54,386 bases of DNA from a virus. Its lineage: Duplodnaviria; Caudoviricetes. This document shows positions 1-9,819 of this stretch, one piece after another. Each line of letters opens with the position of its first letter. Position 1 is the first letter of the stretch. The notes below the pieces were generated by a model that was given only the letters and a program-made list of their open reading frames with translations, did no database searches and was not told the DNA's origin. The stretch lies in the IMG/VR virus record IMGVR_UViG_3300045738_001741, positions 1 through 54,386 of that record. One strand, given 5' to 3'. The position numbers and the translations under genes were made by a program.

Positions 1-2
1 AT

Positions 3-542
3 ATGCTAGACACCTCTACTGATTTTGTATCTACGCTATCACATCCTGCCTGGGGATCAACATCACCATCGTCTGACGGGGGAAGTGGCCAGGGACCGAA
101 CTGCTCTATCCCCTGTGACGAAGCAGGCGTTGCCATTCGTTTTAATGGCTGCTGCTTCTTGGTATCATCAGAATGTGATATCACCATTGTGGGGGACGGT
201 ACGATCACCGGCCCTACCGGCACAGGCGGCCCGCCAGAGTGTGGCCCCATGCAAGTCATTGTCACCACTTCGGAATCCGGCCAGGGCGAATACCTGCCTA
301 TAGATGTTTCTGATGGAGATATAATTAGAATCGAAGTCAGATCCTCTGAACCCTGTTGTAATTGCCATCTTGCAGAAATCACATGCCCAGGTACTTTAAG
401 ATTATCAGGGGCTATTTGGTCTCTCAGTAACGGAAAACTCCGCCTGAATAAAAGAAAGTATCTGGCGCAAAGGAATCATATAATTCGATATCGTGTATCT
501 CAGAAACTAAAAAAAATGAGAAAAAATAGAAATACTAATTAA
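3..542 (+). CDS. hypothetical Cys/Gly-rich protein with basic C-terminus (true start may lie upstream of window)
   Basis: 179 aa ORF converging on the helicase gene; no recognised motif. Confidence 0.6.
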   Translation: MLDTSTDFVSTLSHPAWGSTSPSSDGGSGQGPNCSIPCDEAGVAIRFNGCCFLVSSECDITIVGDGTITGPTGTGGPPECGPMQVIVTTSESGQGEYLPIDVSDGDIIRIEVRSSEPCCNCHLAEITCPGTLRLSGAIWSLSNGKLRLNKRKYLAQRNHIIRYRVSQKLKKMRKNRNTN

Positions 543-2593
543 GAAGAAATTAGTGATTCCACCACAAGCTTTTCTTTTGCAGCATTGCAAATCTTATCAA
601 TACTGTCCTTCTTCATATTCAACACAGACTGCACTTTACTTTGATTGCGTGCAACATCTCCTATTGACCGAACCCCAGCATTCCACAACCGCTCTGCTCT
701 TACTTTGCCAATATCAGGAATGGTACATAAGGGGATTAGATGAGGCTTAACGCCATAAGTCATACGCATGTTAAGAATATTAAACCAATCTTTCTTTCCC
801 CACTTACAATTCATCTGATCTAAGGCATGCAAGACTTGGACCAACCGTGGGAAATCCCACTGTAATGTGCGAGACGCACCAACCGCATTGCCCGCATTCA
901 AACCATTCATCAAACAGAAATAAGCAAACCCACCTTTGATCTCTGGGTCTTCATATTCCCACTTGCCACTTGCTTTATGAACCTTCGATTTAAAGGCAGC
1001 CATATCTTCTCGCTCCCCTTTGCTGACAATGCCCATGCGAAGATTTTCCACATTGGCCAACGCCATTGACACTTGAAGATCATTATCTTCAAGACCGGTA
1101 TCAAATAACCTCTTGAAATTTCTTCTCAAATCGGCAACATCAAAAGGACTATAATAAAACAAAGAAGATATCGTGCCAATCACGGTCACCTTATAATTTC
1201 CATCCTCTTCTTTAATCGCCCTACATTTAAGCAAAAGATCAATTGTGGAATCTATAATGTGATCATCCAAATCATTGGCCTGAAAAGCAGCCAAACTCCT
1301 TTCATACCACTTATGAACATCATCCTTCGTCTTAATTTGCCCGTGATGAATCTCGCTTACCAAATGAAATGCCAACGTTTTATACCGGGCTTCGTCACCA
1401 GAACCAATGTGATCCAACAATCTGGATTCTATATCCTGATGTTCTTTTAATCTACTACGATGCCTTTCTTCATGATTGTCTGGCAATAAAATATAAGCAT
1501 CTCCACGAGGATCATATCCCGGTCTTCCTGCCCGTCCCACCATCTGCCAGATATCATATGTATCGACCTCATTGAGGCCCCTGTGGACGCCCAGGACAAT
1601 GACTCGTCGAGCAGGTAGGTTCAACCCCCAAGCAAGCGTAGAAGTCGCCACAATGACCTGTAAACCGCCCTCACGAAACTTCTTTTCAACCATATGCCTC
1701 TTGGATTTTTCTAAATCAGCATTGTGAAACTCAGTTTCATACCCAGCCCCTTCCAAAGCCTTCTTCATCATATGGCCAGTGCGTTTAGTATGCACGAATA
1801 CAAGAAACTTATCATCTTCATAATCAGCAATGATGTTCATCGCCGCATCAATTTTCTGCTCCTCAGTTGCCTCATATGTACGGGCAGGAAAATACGTCTC
1901 GAAATGTATCCCCAAGGGGCATGGGCGAAAGTCTGATTCTATCAAGTAAGTATCCCTGCCGGTCAACTGGTAGCTGACCCAATTGGCTATCTCATCCACG
2001 TTGGGCATCGTAGCAGAGAGGAAAACAATCCTAGCATTGGGGGCCACTTTTGTGAGTTTCATCAAACCAACTTCTAAATGATCTCCTCGACCTGGAACCG
2101 TAAGTAAATGTGATTCATCAACCACAAGAGTTCCAATTTCTTTTAGCCAATCATTCTGTTCTGACTTATTATTTCTACACCGACTATTCAACATCTCTGA
2201 TGTCATCAAGATGATATCAGAGTTTTCAAGCTCTTTCTTCCTCGCAGGCGTAAGCCTATAATCACCAGTGCATATAGAAAGTTTGCAATTTGAAAAGTGA
2301 TGACCTGGGTCTGTCCAATCATCTATCTTCTCTTTTGCTAAAGCTTTCAATGGCGCTAAAAACATAGCTTTACCACCACGCTTTCGCACTTCATGCGACA
2401 TCATCATTTCAGCACAGACTGTTTTCCCTGCCGAGGTTTGAGCGGCAATGATTACATTACAGTCCTGGTCATATATCTCAAAGATGCGGCTCTGAACAGG
2501 ATTGAACTCATCAAAAGGAAATTCAGCATACGACGGAAAGTCACTGGTAGGAACCAGCACATTTTGATCGTCTAATGGTTTTACAGGTGGCAT
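539..2593 (-). CDS. Ski2/Hel308-like SF2 DExH helicase with C-terminal HhH
   Basis: FNPVQ Q-motif, AQTSAGKT, APLKALA, DESH, LSAT, TSTLAWGLNLPA, QMVGRAGRPG, C-terminal IPDIGKVRAERL. Confidence 0.92.
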   Translation of the reverse strand: MPPVKPLDDQNVLVPTSDFPSYAEFPFDEFNPVQSRIFEIYDQDCNVIIAAQTSAGKTVCAEMMMSHEVRKRGGKAMFLAPLKALAKEKIDDWTDPGHHFSNCKLSICTGDYRLTPARKKELENSDIILMTSEMLNSRCRNNKSEQNDWLKEIGTLVVDESHLLTVPGRGDHLEVGLMKLTKVAPNARIVFLSATMPNVDEIANWVSYQLTGRDTYLIESDFRPCPLGIHFETYFPARTYEATEEQKIDAAMNIIADYEDDKFLVFVHTKRTGHMMKKALEGAGYETEFHNADLEKSKRHMVEKKFREGGLQVIVATSTLAWGLNLPARRVIVLGVHRGLNEVDTYDIWQMVGRAGRPGYDPRGDAYILLPDNHEERHRSRLKEHQDIESRLLDHIGSGDEARYKTLAFHLVSEIHHGQIKTKDDVHKWYERSLAAFQANDLDDHIIDSTIDLLLKCRAIKEEDGNYKVTVIGTISSLFYYSPFDVADLRRNFKRLFDTGLEDNDLQVSMALANVENLRMGIVSKGEREDMAAFKSKVHKASGKWEYEDPEIKGGFAYFCLMNGLNAGNAVGASRTLQWDFPRLVQVLHALDQMNCKWGKKDWFNILNMRMTYGVKPHLIPLCTIPDIGKVRAERLWNAGVRSIGDVARNQSKVQSVLNMKKDSIDKICNAAKEKLVVESLISS

Positions 2594-2622
2594 ATTTCAC
2601 TCCTTGTGATGCCATATTTATA

Positions 2623-2934
2623 CTAACTATTTTCAGACTTTTCAGAAGCCTTTTCAGAAGCCTTTTCGGCGGCCTTTCTAGACTTCCTATCACCATGTCT
2701 TCTTGCAACCTCCTTCTTAACGAATTCGCCAACTAAAGCGACCATATCAAACCACTCTTTTGACCCATCGGCAGAAGTAAGCCAGTTGTCTATACTTCTT
2801 TCTTTAGAAAGTAAATCTGCTAATTCTGCCTTATCACCACCTAAAGATTGGGAAAAAAGAGAACCTAAATGACGCACATCTTCCTCTGGAAGACGGCGCA
2901 CGTACTCTCTTAAAACGTTCTCAATATTTTTCAT
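2623..2934 (-). CDS. hypothetical protein
   Basis: 103 aa ORF; C-terminal EKAS repeat from a 12-nt tandem duplication (cttttcagaagc). Confidence 0.65.
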   Translation of the reverse strand: MKNIENVLREYVRRLPEEDVRHLGSLFSQSLGGDKAELADLLSKERSIDNWLTSADGSKEWFDMVALVGEFVKKEVARRHGDRKSRKAAEKASEKASEKSENS

Positions 2935-2948
2935 AAGTCCGCATCCTC

Positions 2949-3239
2949 ATGTTCAAACCTGAAAAATTGGAAAAAGTATTACTCGCAAATTGGACAGAGT
3001 TTCTAGACAAGCGAGAACTTCTCGCCTTAACAAAGCGTTGCGCCGTGGAATACATGGGTATTGAACCCCCTTGTCAGGTTGTAACCCTAACATTATCCCG
3101 ATTTGAAATACAAGATACAGGATTCCTAATTTGGATAGAATTTACTGTTGTGAAATCTAAAAACAAGATTTTAGGCACATGTGAACTTCATCTATCTAAT
3201 ACAGGAAATCTGCGCCACCTACAAACAATTCAAAATTAG
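2949..3239 (+). CDS. hypothetical protein
   Basis: 96 aa ORF filling the gap between neighbours. Confidence 0.6.
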   Translation: MFKPEKLEKVLLANWTEFLDKRELLALTKRCAVEYMGIEPPCQVVTLTLSRFEIQDTGFLIWIEFTVVKSKNKILGTCELHLSNTGNLRHLQTIQN

Positions 3240-3538
3240 ATAACCGAAAGGATACACTGCCCTTCTCCATTGCGATCTAAAGTTTGATCTTCAAAAACTA
3301 TCTTATCGTCATCTTCTGAAAATCTCAAGCCCAAATTATATGAATCCATAGAAATGGTTCTATCACGCTGAGAAGCAATAACCCAGCAATAGTCATCTTG
3401 TTTTAATAAGCTACCATTATTACCCTCTTGAACTATCCCAAGCTCTAAAGTCATTCCATCTGGAAGCAACAATTCAATGTGGCCCTCACTTAAAAGATGG
3501 GAAACTAGAAGATGTTGAATTTTGTTTTTTCTACTCAT
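3236..3538 (-). CDS. hypothetical protein
   Basis: 100 aa ORF with AAGGAG SD upstream. Confidence 0.7.
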   Translation of the reverse strand: MSRKNKIQHLLVSHLLSEGHIELLLPDGMTLELGIVQEGNNGSLLKQDDYCWVIASQRDRTISMDSYNLGLRFSEDDDKIVFEDQTLDRNGEGQCILSVI

Positions 3539-3603
3539 TAAATTCTCTCCTTATTTGGGTCTTCTATGAAATATATACCCGTAATAAGAAAGGAAATAAG
3601 TTA

Positions 3604-4065
3604 TTAGTAAAAATTGACAGTCGATGGATCAAGATAACTGTACTCAAAACCTTCATATACACAAGTTTCAGATTCCACTTCATGTATTGCAGGAAGTGGG
3701 CGACCTCTGCGGTCAACTGTAAGAGTCCAGCAATATATTTTACGATTGCCTTTTAACAACTCTACCAATGATAAGTTATGACCACCAAGAAATTTTCTTG
3801 CCAATTTGACAATTAAACAAAATGGCAAAAATGGAATATCCTTACCTAAAACCTGAAGTGTTTCTAGATAATGGGAATTATAATCTGCTTTACTGAAATG
3901 CAAGCAAATACTATACCCATCCACTATGCAATCAACGGTCTTGAGTACGTTAAGATCATTTTCCAAACGAGGATCAGCTTTGGGGAAATTGTAAGGCACT
4001 AACAATTCCCCCATGTTTCTCATTTGGTCTATAATTTCATCTATTTGTTTAGGTTCGTAAATCAT
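3604..4065 (-). CDS. hypothetical protein
   Basis: 153 aa ORF; TATATA 8 nt upstream. Confidence 0.7.
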   Translation of the reverse strand: MIYEPKQIDEIIDQMRNMGELLVPYNFPKADPRLENDLNVLKTVDCIVDGYSICLHFSKADYNSHYLETLQVLGKDIPFLPFCLIVKLARKFLGGHNLSLVELLKGNRKIYCWTLTVDRRGRPLPAIHEVESETCVYEGFEYSYLDPSTVNFY

Positions 4066-4092
4066 AACATATCTATATATTCTGATAAATGA

Positions 4093-5133
4093 CTAAAATT
4101 TGTATGCCGGGGAATAAAGAGCATCAGGATTTTGCAAACAATGCTTCATTGCAGCATCATCAAAGCCTAACGATTTTATAATATTGTCCACTTGATCCTT
4201 CGCTACCTTACGAGCCACATTTGACCAAATCCCTGGCAACCCAGTATCGAATGTATTTTTATGCAATCTAGCCAAAAACCAATCCCTAGTTTGCGTCATC
4301 CCCTTAGACAATTCATAATCATCATTGATAAAACCAAGAAATTCCATAACTTGATTCGGGTCCAACCATAAAAAAGATGACCACGGGTCACCGGGATAAT
4401 ATTGCCTTGGCCTGGGCTGGGCTTTCGCCATTTCAACAAAGTGGATCAAAAGCCTGATCCAATTTTTAACCAAGTAAGCGTCAGTGCAACCTTCGGATTC
4501 AATAATTCTAAATTCTATTGTATCTCTATTCCCTTTGCATTGATGAAATGTATTAAGAGTATAATATTTCATCATGCCTAACCGACGAATAACCTCTTCT
4601 GAATTCACCTGAGTATCATGCTCAAACAAATCTGATAAACCGATACATTGACAAAATCTATTACGCTTTCTATTAGCCGGAACTGAATCTAGAAAAACAC
4701 TCTCACACTTTATCCAATAAGTCAATATAGAAGCAAGCTGATCCTGGGTACAATCCGCCACCTCTACGTGACAATGAAATGAACATCTATCATCTATCTT
4801 TATCCTATCGTCTTGACCCAGAGCTTCCACCACCTTGCATATTTCTTTCAACCCCGGCCAACCCTTCACCACTGGGGAGCAAAGCTCTATACCACAACTA
4901 GAATCCGGCTTCACCCGCCAAGTTAGATTATTGTGAGTATGATGCCACTTCATGATGTCTACAGGGGTTGTCACCACTTTCTGACACACCTCTGCTACAT
5001 ATTCTATACCTTCGGGGAGTTCTCCCCGACCAAGCGGATATTTTTTGAAATCCCTTTGATCGAACGAATTTATTTCTATTTCCGCACCAAAACGGCGATT
5101 ATAGTTAAAACTCAAAAATGTTGGTGAGTCCAT
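4093..5133 (-). CDS. putative amidoligase (COOH-NH2 ligase, glutamine synthetase-like fold)
   Basis: FGAEIE, KPDSS.GIELCSP, SFHCHV, TIEFR motifs typical of phage amidoligase enzymes. Confidence 0.85.
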   Translation of the reverse strand: MDSPTFLSFNYNRRFGAEIEINSFDQRDFKKYPLGRGELPEGIEYVAEVCQKVVTTPVDIMKWHHTHNNLTWRVKPDSSCGIELCSPVVKGWPGLKEICKVVEALGQDDRIKIDDRCSFHCHVEVADCTQDQLASILTYWIKCESVFLDSVPANRKRNRFCQCIGLSDLFEHDTQVNSEEVIRRLGMMKYYTLNTFHQCKGNRDTIEFRIIESEGCTDAYLVKNWIRLLIHFVEMAKAQPRPRQYYPGDPWSSFLWLDPNQVMEFLGFINDDYELSKGMTQTRDWFLARLHKNTFDTGLPGIWSNVARKVAKDQVDNIIKSLGFDDAAMKHCLQNPDALYSPAYKF

Positions 5134-5243
5134 TTATCCTATCCTATATCCCGCATTATACATTACTTGCTAATTGACACAATAACAACCTTGATTTTAA
5201 TGTTGCCAGATGCCATAATCAAAAAAAAGGAGCTACACAACAT

Positions 5244-5723
5244 ATGGTCAAAAAACGTAATTATCAATGTCTCATGGTGGAAACTCGTGACAAGCGAAAA
5301 TTCTTCACCTATGAAAAAAACTATCCTTTGCTAATAGAGTTTGCCAATGCCTTTAACGCAGAAGTATCTACGGTACAAATCAAAGAAGGTGAAATTCTAG
5401 ATTTGGCCCCACTCGCATCAGCAATCTCTAACCCAGATTATATAGCAAAACCTAAATTTGAAAAAATAGAAACCAAAATTCCCAAACTGAAAAAAAGACC
5501 TAGAAAACGTGCGATGGAAATTGCACAAATTATCAGAAACCACATCCGAGAAAAACTTATGTCAGAGGAAGTGGTTGGACTCAGGGAAATTAAGAATCGA
5601 TACAAAAGATATAATCTCACGTCCTCTTGTTTTTGCGCACACCTGAGTAAGGTTCGTGACGAACTCGAAAGAGAGGGACATGTTATCGAAAAAATGGGCG
5701 GCGGAAAGTATATGTTGAAATAA
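5244..5723 (+). CDS. hypothetical protein, possible C-terminal winged-helix DNA-binding domain
   Basis: AAGGAG SD; C-terminal HLSKVRDELEREGHVIEKMGGGKY resembles recognition helix plus wing. Confidence 0.65.
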   Translation: MVKKRNYQCLMVETRDKRKFFTYEKNYPLLIEFANAFNAEVSTVQIKEGEILDLAPLASAISNPDYIAKPKFEKIETKIPKLKKRPRKRAMEIAQIIRNHIREKLMSEEVVGLREIKNRYKRYNLTSSCFCAHLSKVRDELEREGHVIEKMGGGKYMLK

Positions 5724-5749
5724 AAAACCGTCCCTTACGGGGCGGGTTC
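5724..5749. terminator. hairpin between convergent genes, likely intrinsic terminator
   Basis: aaaaaaccgtcccttacggggcgggtt; GTAA loop and T-run on the minus strand. Confidence 0.6.
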
Positions 5750-5789
5750 GTGTGCCGCCTTCAATCAGGTAAGCTCGCCACCGGCACCA

Positions 5790-7067
5790 TCAATCGGATT
5801 TTGTCTCCTCTGGGCTATACGTCGAATCATCAAACTCAGATTCTAAGCCAAGCTCAGCAATGATGTCGGTCTGCTTAATGGCATCCACGTTCTCATCCTT
5901 GACAGCTTCTACAGCCATCTTTTCTTCAGATAGATCAATGGCCCCTCGCCATGTATCCAGATACTCCTTGACCTCTCTTTCATCCTTGGCATCTATCAAG
6001 GATGGGCATCTTAGAAGTATCTCCTCTGGCATATCAGCTTCTAAAGCGGCCTTAAACTTTACAGTCTCGCCATTCGCCCAAGGCTCTTGAACTGTCCAGT
6101 TACTTGGACCCACGATCCTTTCGGCATATCGCAGACTAGTCAATAATCCTCCAAGTGGGTTGATACCCTTATCGAAGAACAGGTCAACTTTTTCAACCTT
6201 TCCAAAAGGCTTCCAGCTACGATTCTTCTTATTTTCAAAATTCAACTGTACTCCACAAGGAACTTTGAACTTGTCCTTAATGAATCCAGATGCACTGGTG
6301 CGAATTCTGCATGAAGCATAGAACGGCAATGCCTTACCGCCACCACCTGTAGTTTCTGGGCTTCCCCATAACACACCAATTTTCTGTCGTGTTTGGTTGA
6401 TGACATACAAACTAGCATTGGCATCATTGAGCAGAGGGTTAAGACGACGTAGCATGTCACCAGCCGCTCTAGCACGCTCGCCGGGCCGTTCATTACCGCC
6501 TGCGGCCTTGATTGCTTCCTTCGTCGCATTCTCTGGAAGCTCAGCGACTTTCCACTCTCGCTCTGTTGGGACTACAGAGATCGAGTCCCATACGAATAGC
6601 TTGGGAATTTCAATGCCGTAATGCTCATTGATCTTCTCGACCGCTACTCTAATCTTTCTCTCGCATTCCTCGATAGAAATTGGCTCATAAGATATAAGCT
6701 TTTCAATATCTACATGGCCTGCGTTCTTGGCAAAATCTGGATTGCCAGCACGTTCGCAGTCTAGATAAACAGCAATGCCACCCATCCTTTGAACGGCACC
6801 CAGAACACAGTTGCCAAGCAACGACTTGGCAGATGCAGGTGGACCATATACTTCTGTGATCTGTCCACCAGGAAGTCCACCACCAATATACTTTCCTGAC
6901 AGGATTCTATTCAGAGCCAAGTTGCCGGTATCAATGAAATACCTCGACTGACCCATGTCGCACATCATTTGTCCGCCCGTATCGGCAGCTAGTCCTTTGA
7001 GGAAGTCTTGGTCACCAACCTTTTTATTTCGAGTGGTAGTTTTGGGTTCTGCTTTCTTACGTGGCAT
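5790..7067 (-). CDS. recA: RecA/UvsX-like recombinase
   Basis: DTGNLALN, GGLPGGQITEVYGPPASAKS, WDS, INQTRQKIG, TTGGGGKALPFYASCRI. Confidence 0.92.
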   Translation of the reverse strand: MPRKKAEPKTTTRNKKVGDQDFLKGLAADTGGQMMCDMGQSRYFIDTGNLALNRILSGKYIGGGLPGGQITEVYGPPASAKSLLGNCVLGAVQRMGGIAVYLDCERAGNPDFAKNAGHVDIEKLISYEPISIEECERKIRVAVEKINEHYGIEIPKLFVWDSISVVPTEREWKVAELPENATKEAIKAAGGNERPGERARAAGDMLRRLNPLLNDANASLYVINQTRQKIGVLWGSPETTGGGGKALPFYASCRIRTSASGFIKDKFKVPCGVQLNFENKKNRSWKPFGKVEKVDLFFDKGINPLGGLLTSLRYAERIVGPSNWTVQEPWANGETVKFKAALEADMPEEILLRCPSLIDAKDEREVKEYLDTWRGAIDLSEEKMAVEAVKDENVDAIKQTDIIAELGLESEFDDSTYSPEETKSD

Positions 7068-7143
7068 GTGTACTTTCTCCTCTGTTTAATCAAGGTTGTT
7101 CTTGCTTGTAATTTTAGTTTTTTCATCATGGTAACTCCAAAAG

Positions 7144-7175
7144 AAAAAGCCCCACCCCTTACGGGCGGGGCTTTT
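7144..7175. terminator. intrinsic terminator after SSB gene
   Basis: aaaaagcccaccccttacgggcggggctttt; GC stem with A/T runs on both sides. Confidence 0.7.
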
Positions 7176-7200
7176 AACTTCATAGGAGATCATCCATCCT

Positions 7201-8244
7201 CTATGTAGATAGATTGCGTAACGTATTCAGAAAATCATCATCCGCCATCGACTCACTTGAATCATCGGTAGGCAACTTGACCGTTTTTGAAGATTCCTCA
7301 ACAGATTCTTCGGTTGCCACAACCTCTGGCGTGGTTGTTTCTGTTTCAGTTTCTGTTTCCACGGGCACATCCTCGGTCACCGAAACGGAAACTTTAGAGT
7401 CCGTCTGCTCTTGTGGAACTTGAAACTCGGTTGGGTCAAAACCAGTCGTAGAATCCTGAATCAATCCAAGGTGAACTTTAAGTTCATGCTTGAGTTCATC
7501 TTCGGATTTTAAATTTCTCAACGAACCGATGTCATGGAAGTTAGCGAACCACTTCTCAACTTCATCAGGATCACCCAACGGGCCAGGATCGAGAAATTTC
7601 GAATCACTATAATTGGGGAATGATTCCCGACCACTTTGACGCATGGTTTTAATGAGCTTGAAATCACGACCTGTCTTCGGATCGGTCACATCGCCCAATG
7701 GTGCTTCATCAAGACCCTTGTCGCCCACAATAGCACGAATAATCATCTTGTGAAGAGTTTTACCGATAGAAAGAATCTTCGGTCCAACATTCTTCTCCAT
7801 CTCTTGGGTGCCTTCGTTAAAGACAGAGCGAACAATTACATTGTAATAGTATCGTTCGATGGGCTTAATCTTTCTCGCATTTGCCTGCATCTGATTGGCT
7901 TCGTCTGGAGACTTTTTGTCCGATTCTTGCCACAGCCAGTTGTAATATTTGCAAATTGGGCACGCAATACCATCGGGATTGTCCTTCCATCTGCCGCCAT
8001 CTAATTCTTTCGGGCAGTGAAGGCTCTTGTTGTTTACTCGGTGAATTCTAGTGCTGCAATAAAAAGCATTTTTCTCCCGATCAAACATGCCTGCGGGTGC
8101 GGGTGGCAGCAATCTCAGCACCAATGCCCCATTACCTTCTGGCATCTTAACAAAATTAGCGAGAAAATCGCCACCAGTAGAGTCTTTTGATAACCGCTCA
8201 TTCTCATTTTGAAGAGCAGCAATATCTAAACCTAAATCAGTCAT
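7201..8244 (-). CDS. T4 gp32-like single-stranded DNA-binding protein
   Basis: LRLLPP, H..C..CPIC Zn site, RYYYNVI, GRDFKL, PNYSDSKF, acidic tail DDDFL; adjacent to recA. Confidence 0.85.
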   Translation of the reverse strand: MTDLGLDIAALQNENERLSKDSTGGDFLANFVKMPEGNGALVLRLLPPAPAGMFDREKNAFYCSTRIHRVNNKSLHCPKELDGGRWKDNPDGIACPICKYYNWLWQESDKKSPDEANQMQANARKIKPIERYYYNVIVRSVFNEGTQEMEKNVGPKILSIGKTLHKMIIRAIVGDKGLDEAPLGDVTDPKTGRDFKLIKTMRQSGRESFPNYSDSKFLDPGPLGDPDEVEKWFANFHDIGSLRNLKSEDELKHELKVHLGLIQDSTTGFDPTEFQVPQEQTDSKVSVSVTEDVPVETETETETTTPEVVATEESVEESSKTVKLPTDDSSESMADDDFLNTLRNLST

Positions 8245-8307
8245 TTCGTTCTCCTTAGTTTTTAGTTTCTATAGTTAGCAACGTTATACATTTCGTTGCT
8301 GGTTGGT

Positions 8308-8336
8308 GTTATACGTTAGATCGTCAGTAAGGTCAA
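8308..8336 (-). promoter_or_regulatory. sigma70-like promoter for SSB-recA
   Basis: minus strand TTGACC-N17-TATAAC. Confidence 0.55.
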
Positions 8337-8358
8337 TAGACTTTAGTTTATTTTTTAT

Positions 8359-8835
8359 TTAAGCTTCTGTTTCGTCCTCATCGGGCAAAATAACTCTATA
8401 TTCTGCACCACCGGCTATGCCACCGATACTTTTACCCTTCATCTTTTTATACATTTTTTCTACCGCCCCAACCTTAATTGCTTCTACTTTTTCTGCGGCG
8501 GTAACAGCACCGGTCTCCTCCAACTCTGTATTAAGCCTTCGTCTCTCTTCCTGCTCGACATCATATTCTTTTTCAAGTGCCTTCAAAATCTCTAAATTAT
8601 GTTCTAGCTGTTGCAACACCTTTTCATCATTCTCTTCCGAACTTAAATCCTTATTGCGAATTGTGGTAGAGCGTTCAAATTTAGCCTCGGCTCTACGAGC
8701 TTTCTCCTGAGCATCTCGTTGTAAACGATCCTCTTTATCAATTTTTCGCTTCTCCACTCTACGACGAAGCACTCTGGATTTTCCTTGTCGTTCTCTAGCC
8801 TTCTTCTTAGCTTGCTTTTTTCTAGAATTACTCAT
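8359..8835 (-). CDS. hypothetical basic coiled-coil protein
   Basis: 158 aa, K/R-rich N-terminus. Confidence 0.7.
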   Translation of the reverse strand: MSNSRKKQAKKKARERQGKSRVLRRRVEKRKIDKEDRLQRDAQEKARRAEAKFERSTTIRNKDLSSEENDEKVLQQLEHNLEILKALEKEYDVEQEERRRLNTELEETGAVTAAEKVEAIKVGAVEKMYKKMKGKSIGGIAGGAEYRVILPDEDETEA

Positions 8836-8846
8836 TTCATTTCTTT

Positions 8847-9725
8847 CTAACGTACTTCAGGCATTTCTACATCTGCGGGTGGTCCCCAATCTAATCGAGG
8901 GTCACCCCCTTGACCGGTAGCAGGCGTAAATGTTTCCGATTCAAAATCTCTAGAAAGGTTGGCAACCTCTGGAGTAAAGAATTTATCACTCATTACTCGC
9001 TTAATGCCATCATCATCTATAGTGGTATATAACATACCGGCTTGGGCCGTAGGTGCCAGTTTCTCGTCATAAATGGGATACTTCTTACCCATCGTGAATT
9101 TCCATCCTCTACTCGAAGCATCATGAGCCAAACCAGGGATGACTGGATTGAATAACTCATATCTAGACACAGGCTTATTAGGCGTAAACGAAGGCGGTGC
9201 CAAATTAGTCTGTTCAACAGGTTGATCTAGATCACCCGTTACCTGTGCGGCATCACCCGTTACCTGTGCGGCATCACCCGTTACCTGTGCGGCATCACCC
9301 GATGCCTGCAAAGTAGGGGCATCATTTTGCTGCATTTCATGCGGCTGTTGAATAGGCATATTTAAACTAGACGCCAACTCTGGATTGGCAGCCAACAATG
9401 CCTTCAATTGCTCCATCGGATCATCTAAAAGGTCTTCGCCTTTAAGCCTCGTTCCATCATCAAACTTGAATTTTCGATTCTTGATGACTATACCATCATT
9501 AGACTCCTTAAAACTAATCTTCTTTCGTCGAAATTCAAAAATTTCTACATTAACCACAAGGATATTCCGACGTGCCAGCAGAGCCATAACCTTACCTGCC
9601 AATACATCAAGCGAAACATCATCATAAGGACTTCCAACGTCTACTGTCTTAGACTTTGTTTCGTCCTTATTATATTCCCCTTTCTCGATTTCCTCATGGT
9701 AATAATATACTACTTCATACCCCAT
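8847..9725 (-). CDS. hypothetical protein with internal GDAAQVT repeats
   Basis: 292 aa ORF. Confidence 0.75.
   Translation of the reverse strand: MGYEVVYYYHEEIEKGEYNKDETKSKTVDVGSPYDDVSLDVLAGKVMALLARRNILVVNVEIFEFRRKKISFKESNDGIVIKNRKFKFDDGTRLKGEDLLDDPMEQLKALLAANPELASSLNMPIQQPHEMQQNDAPTLQASGDAAQVTGDAAQVTGDAAQVTGDLDQPVEQTNLAPPSFTPNKPVSRYELFNPVIPGLAHDASSRGWKFTMGKKYPIYDEKLAPTAQAGMLYTTIDDDGIKRVMSDKFFTPEVANLSRDFESETFTPATGQGGDPRLDWGPPADVEMPEVR
9231..9301. repeat. 21-nt tandem repeat x3.4 (atcacccgttacctgtgcggc)
   Basis: three perfect copies plus a partial; in frame, encodes GDAAQVT. Confidence 0.95.
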
Positions 9726-9819
9726 AAGAAATGATCCTTTCCGTCCATCTGAACTAAAACTTTATCTCTAATTCATTACTGAAATCTCTTCAAATACTTA
9801 TTAAAATAGTTACAACTTT

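Noticed and set aside
9231-9301. CRISPR-like repeat
   Set aside because: Spacerless, in-frame coding tandem repeat
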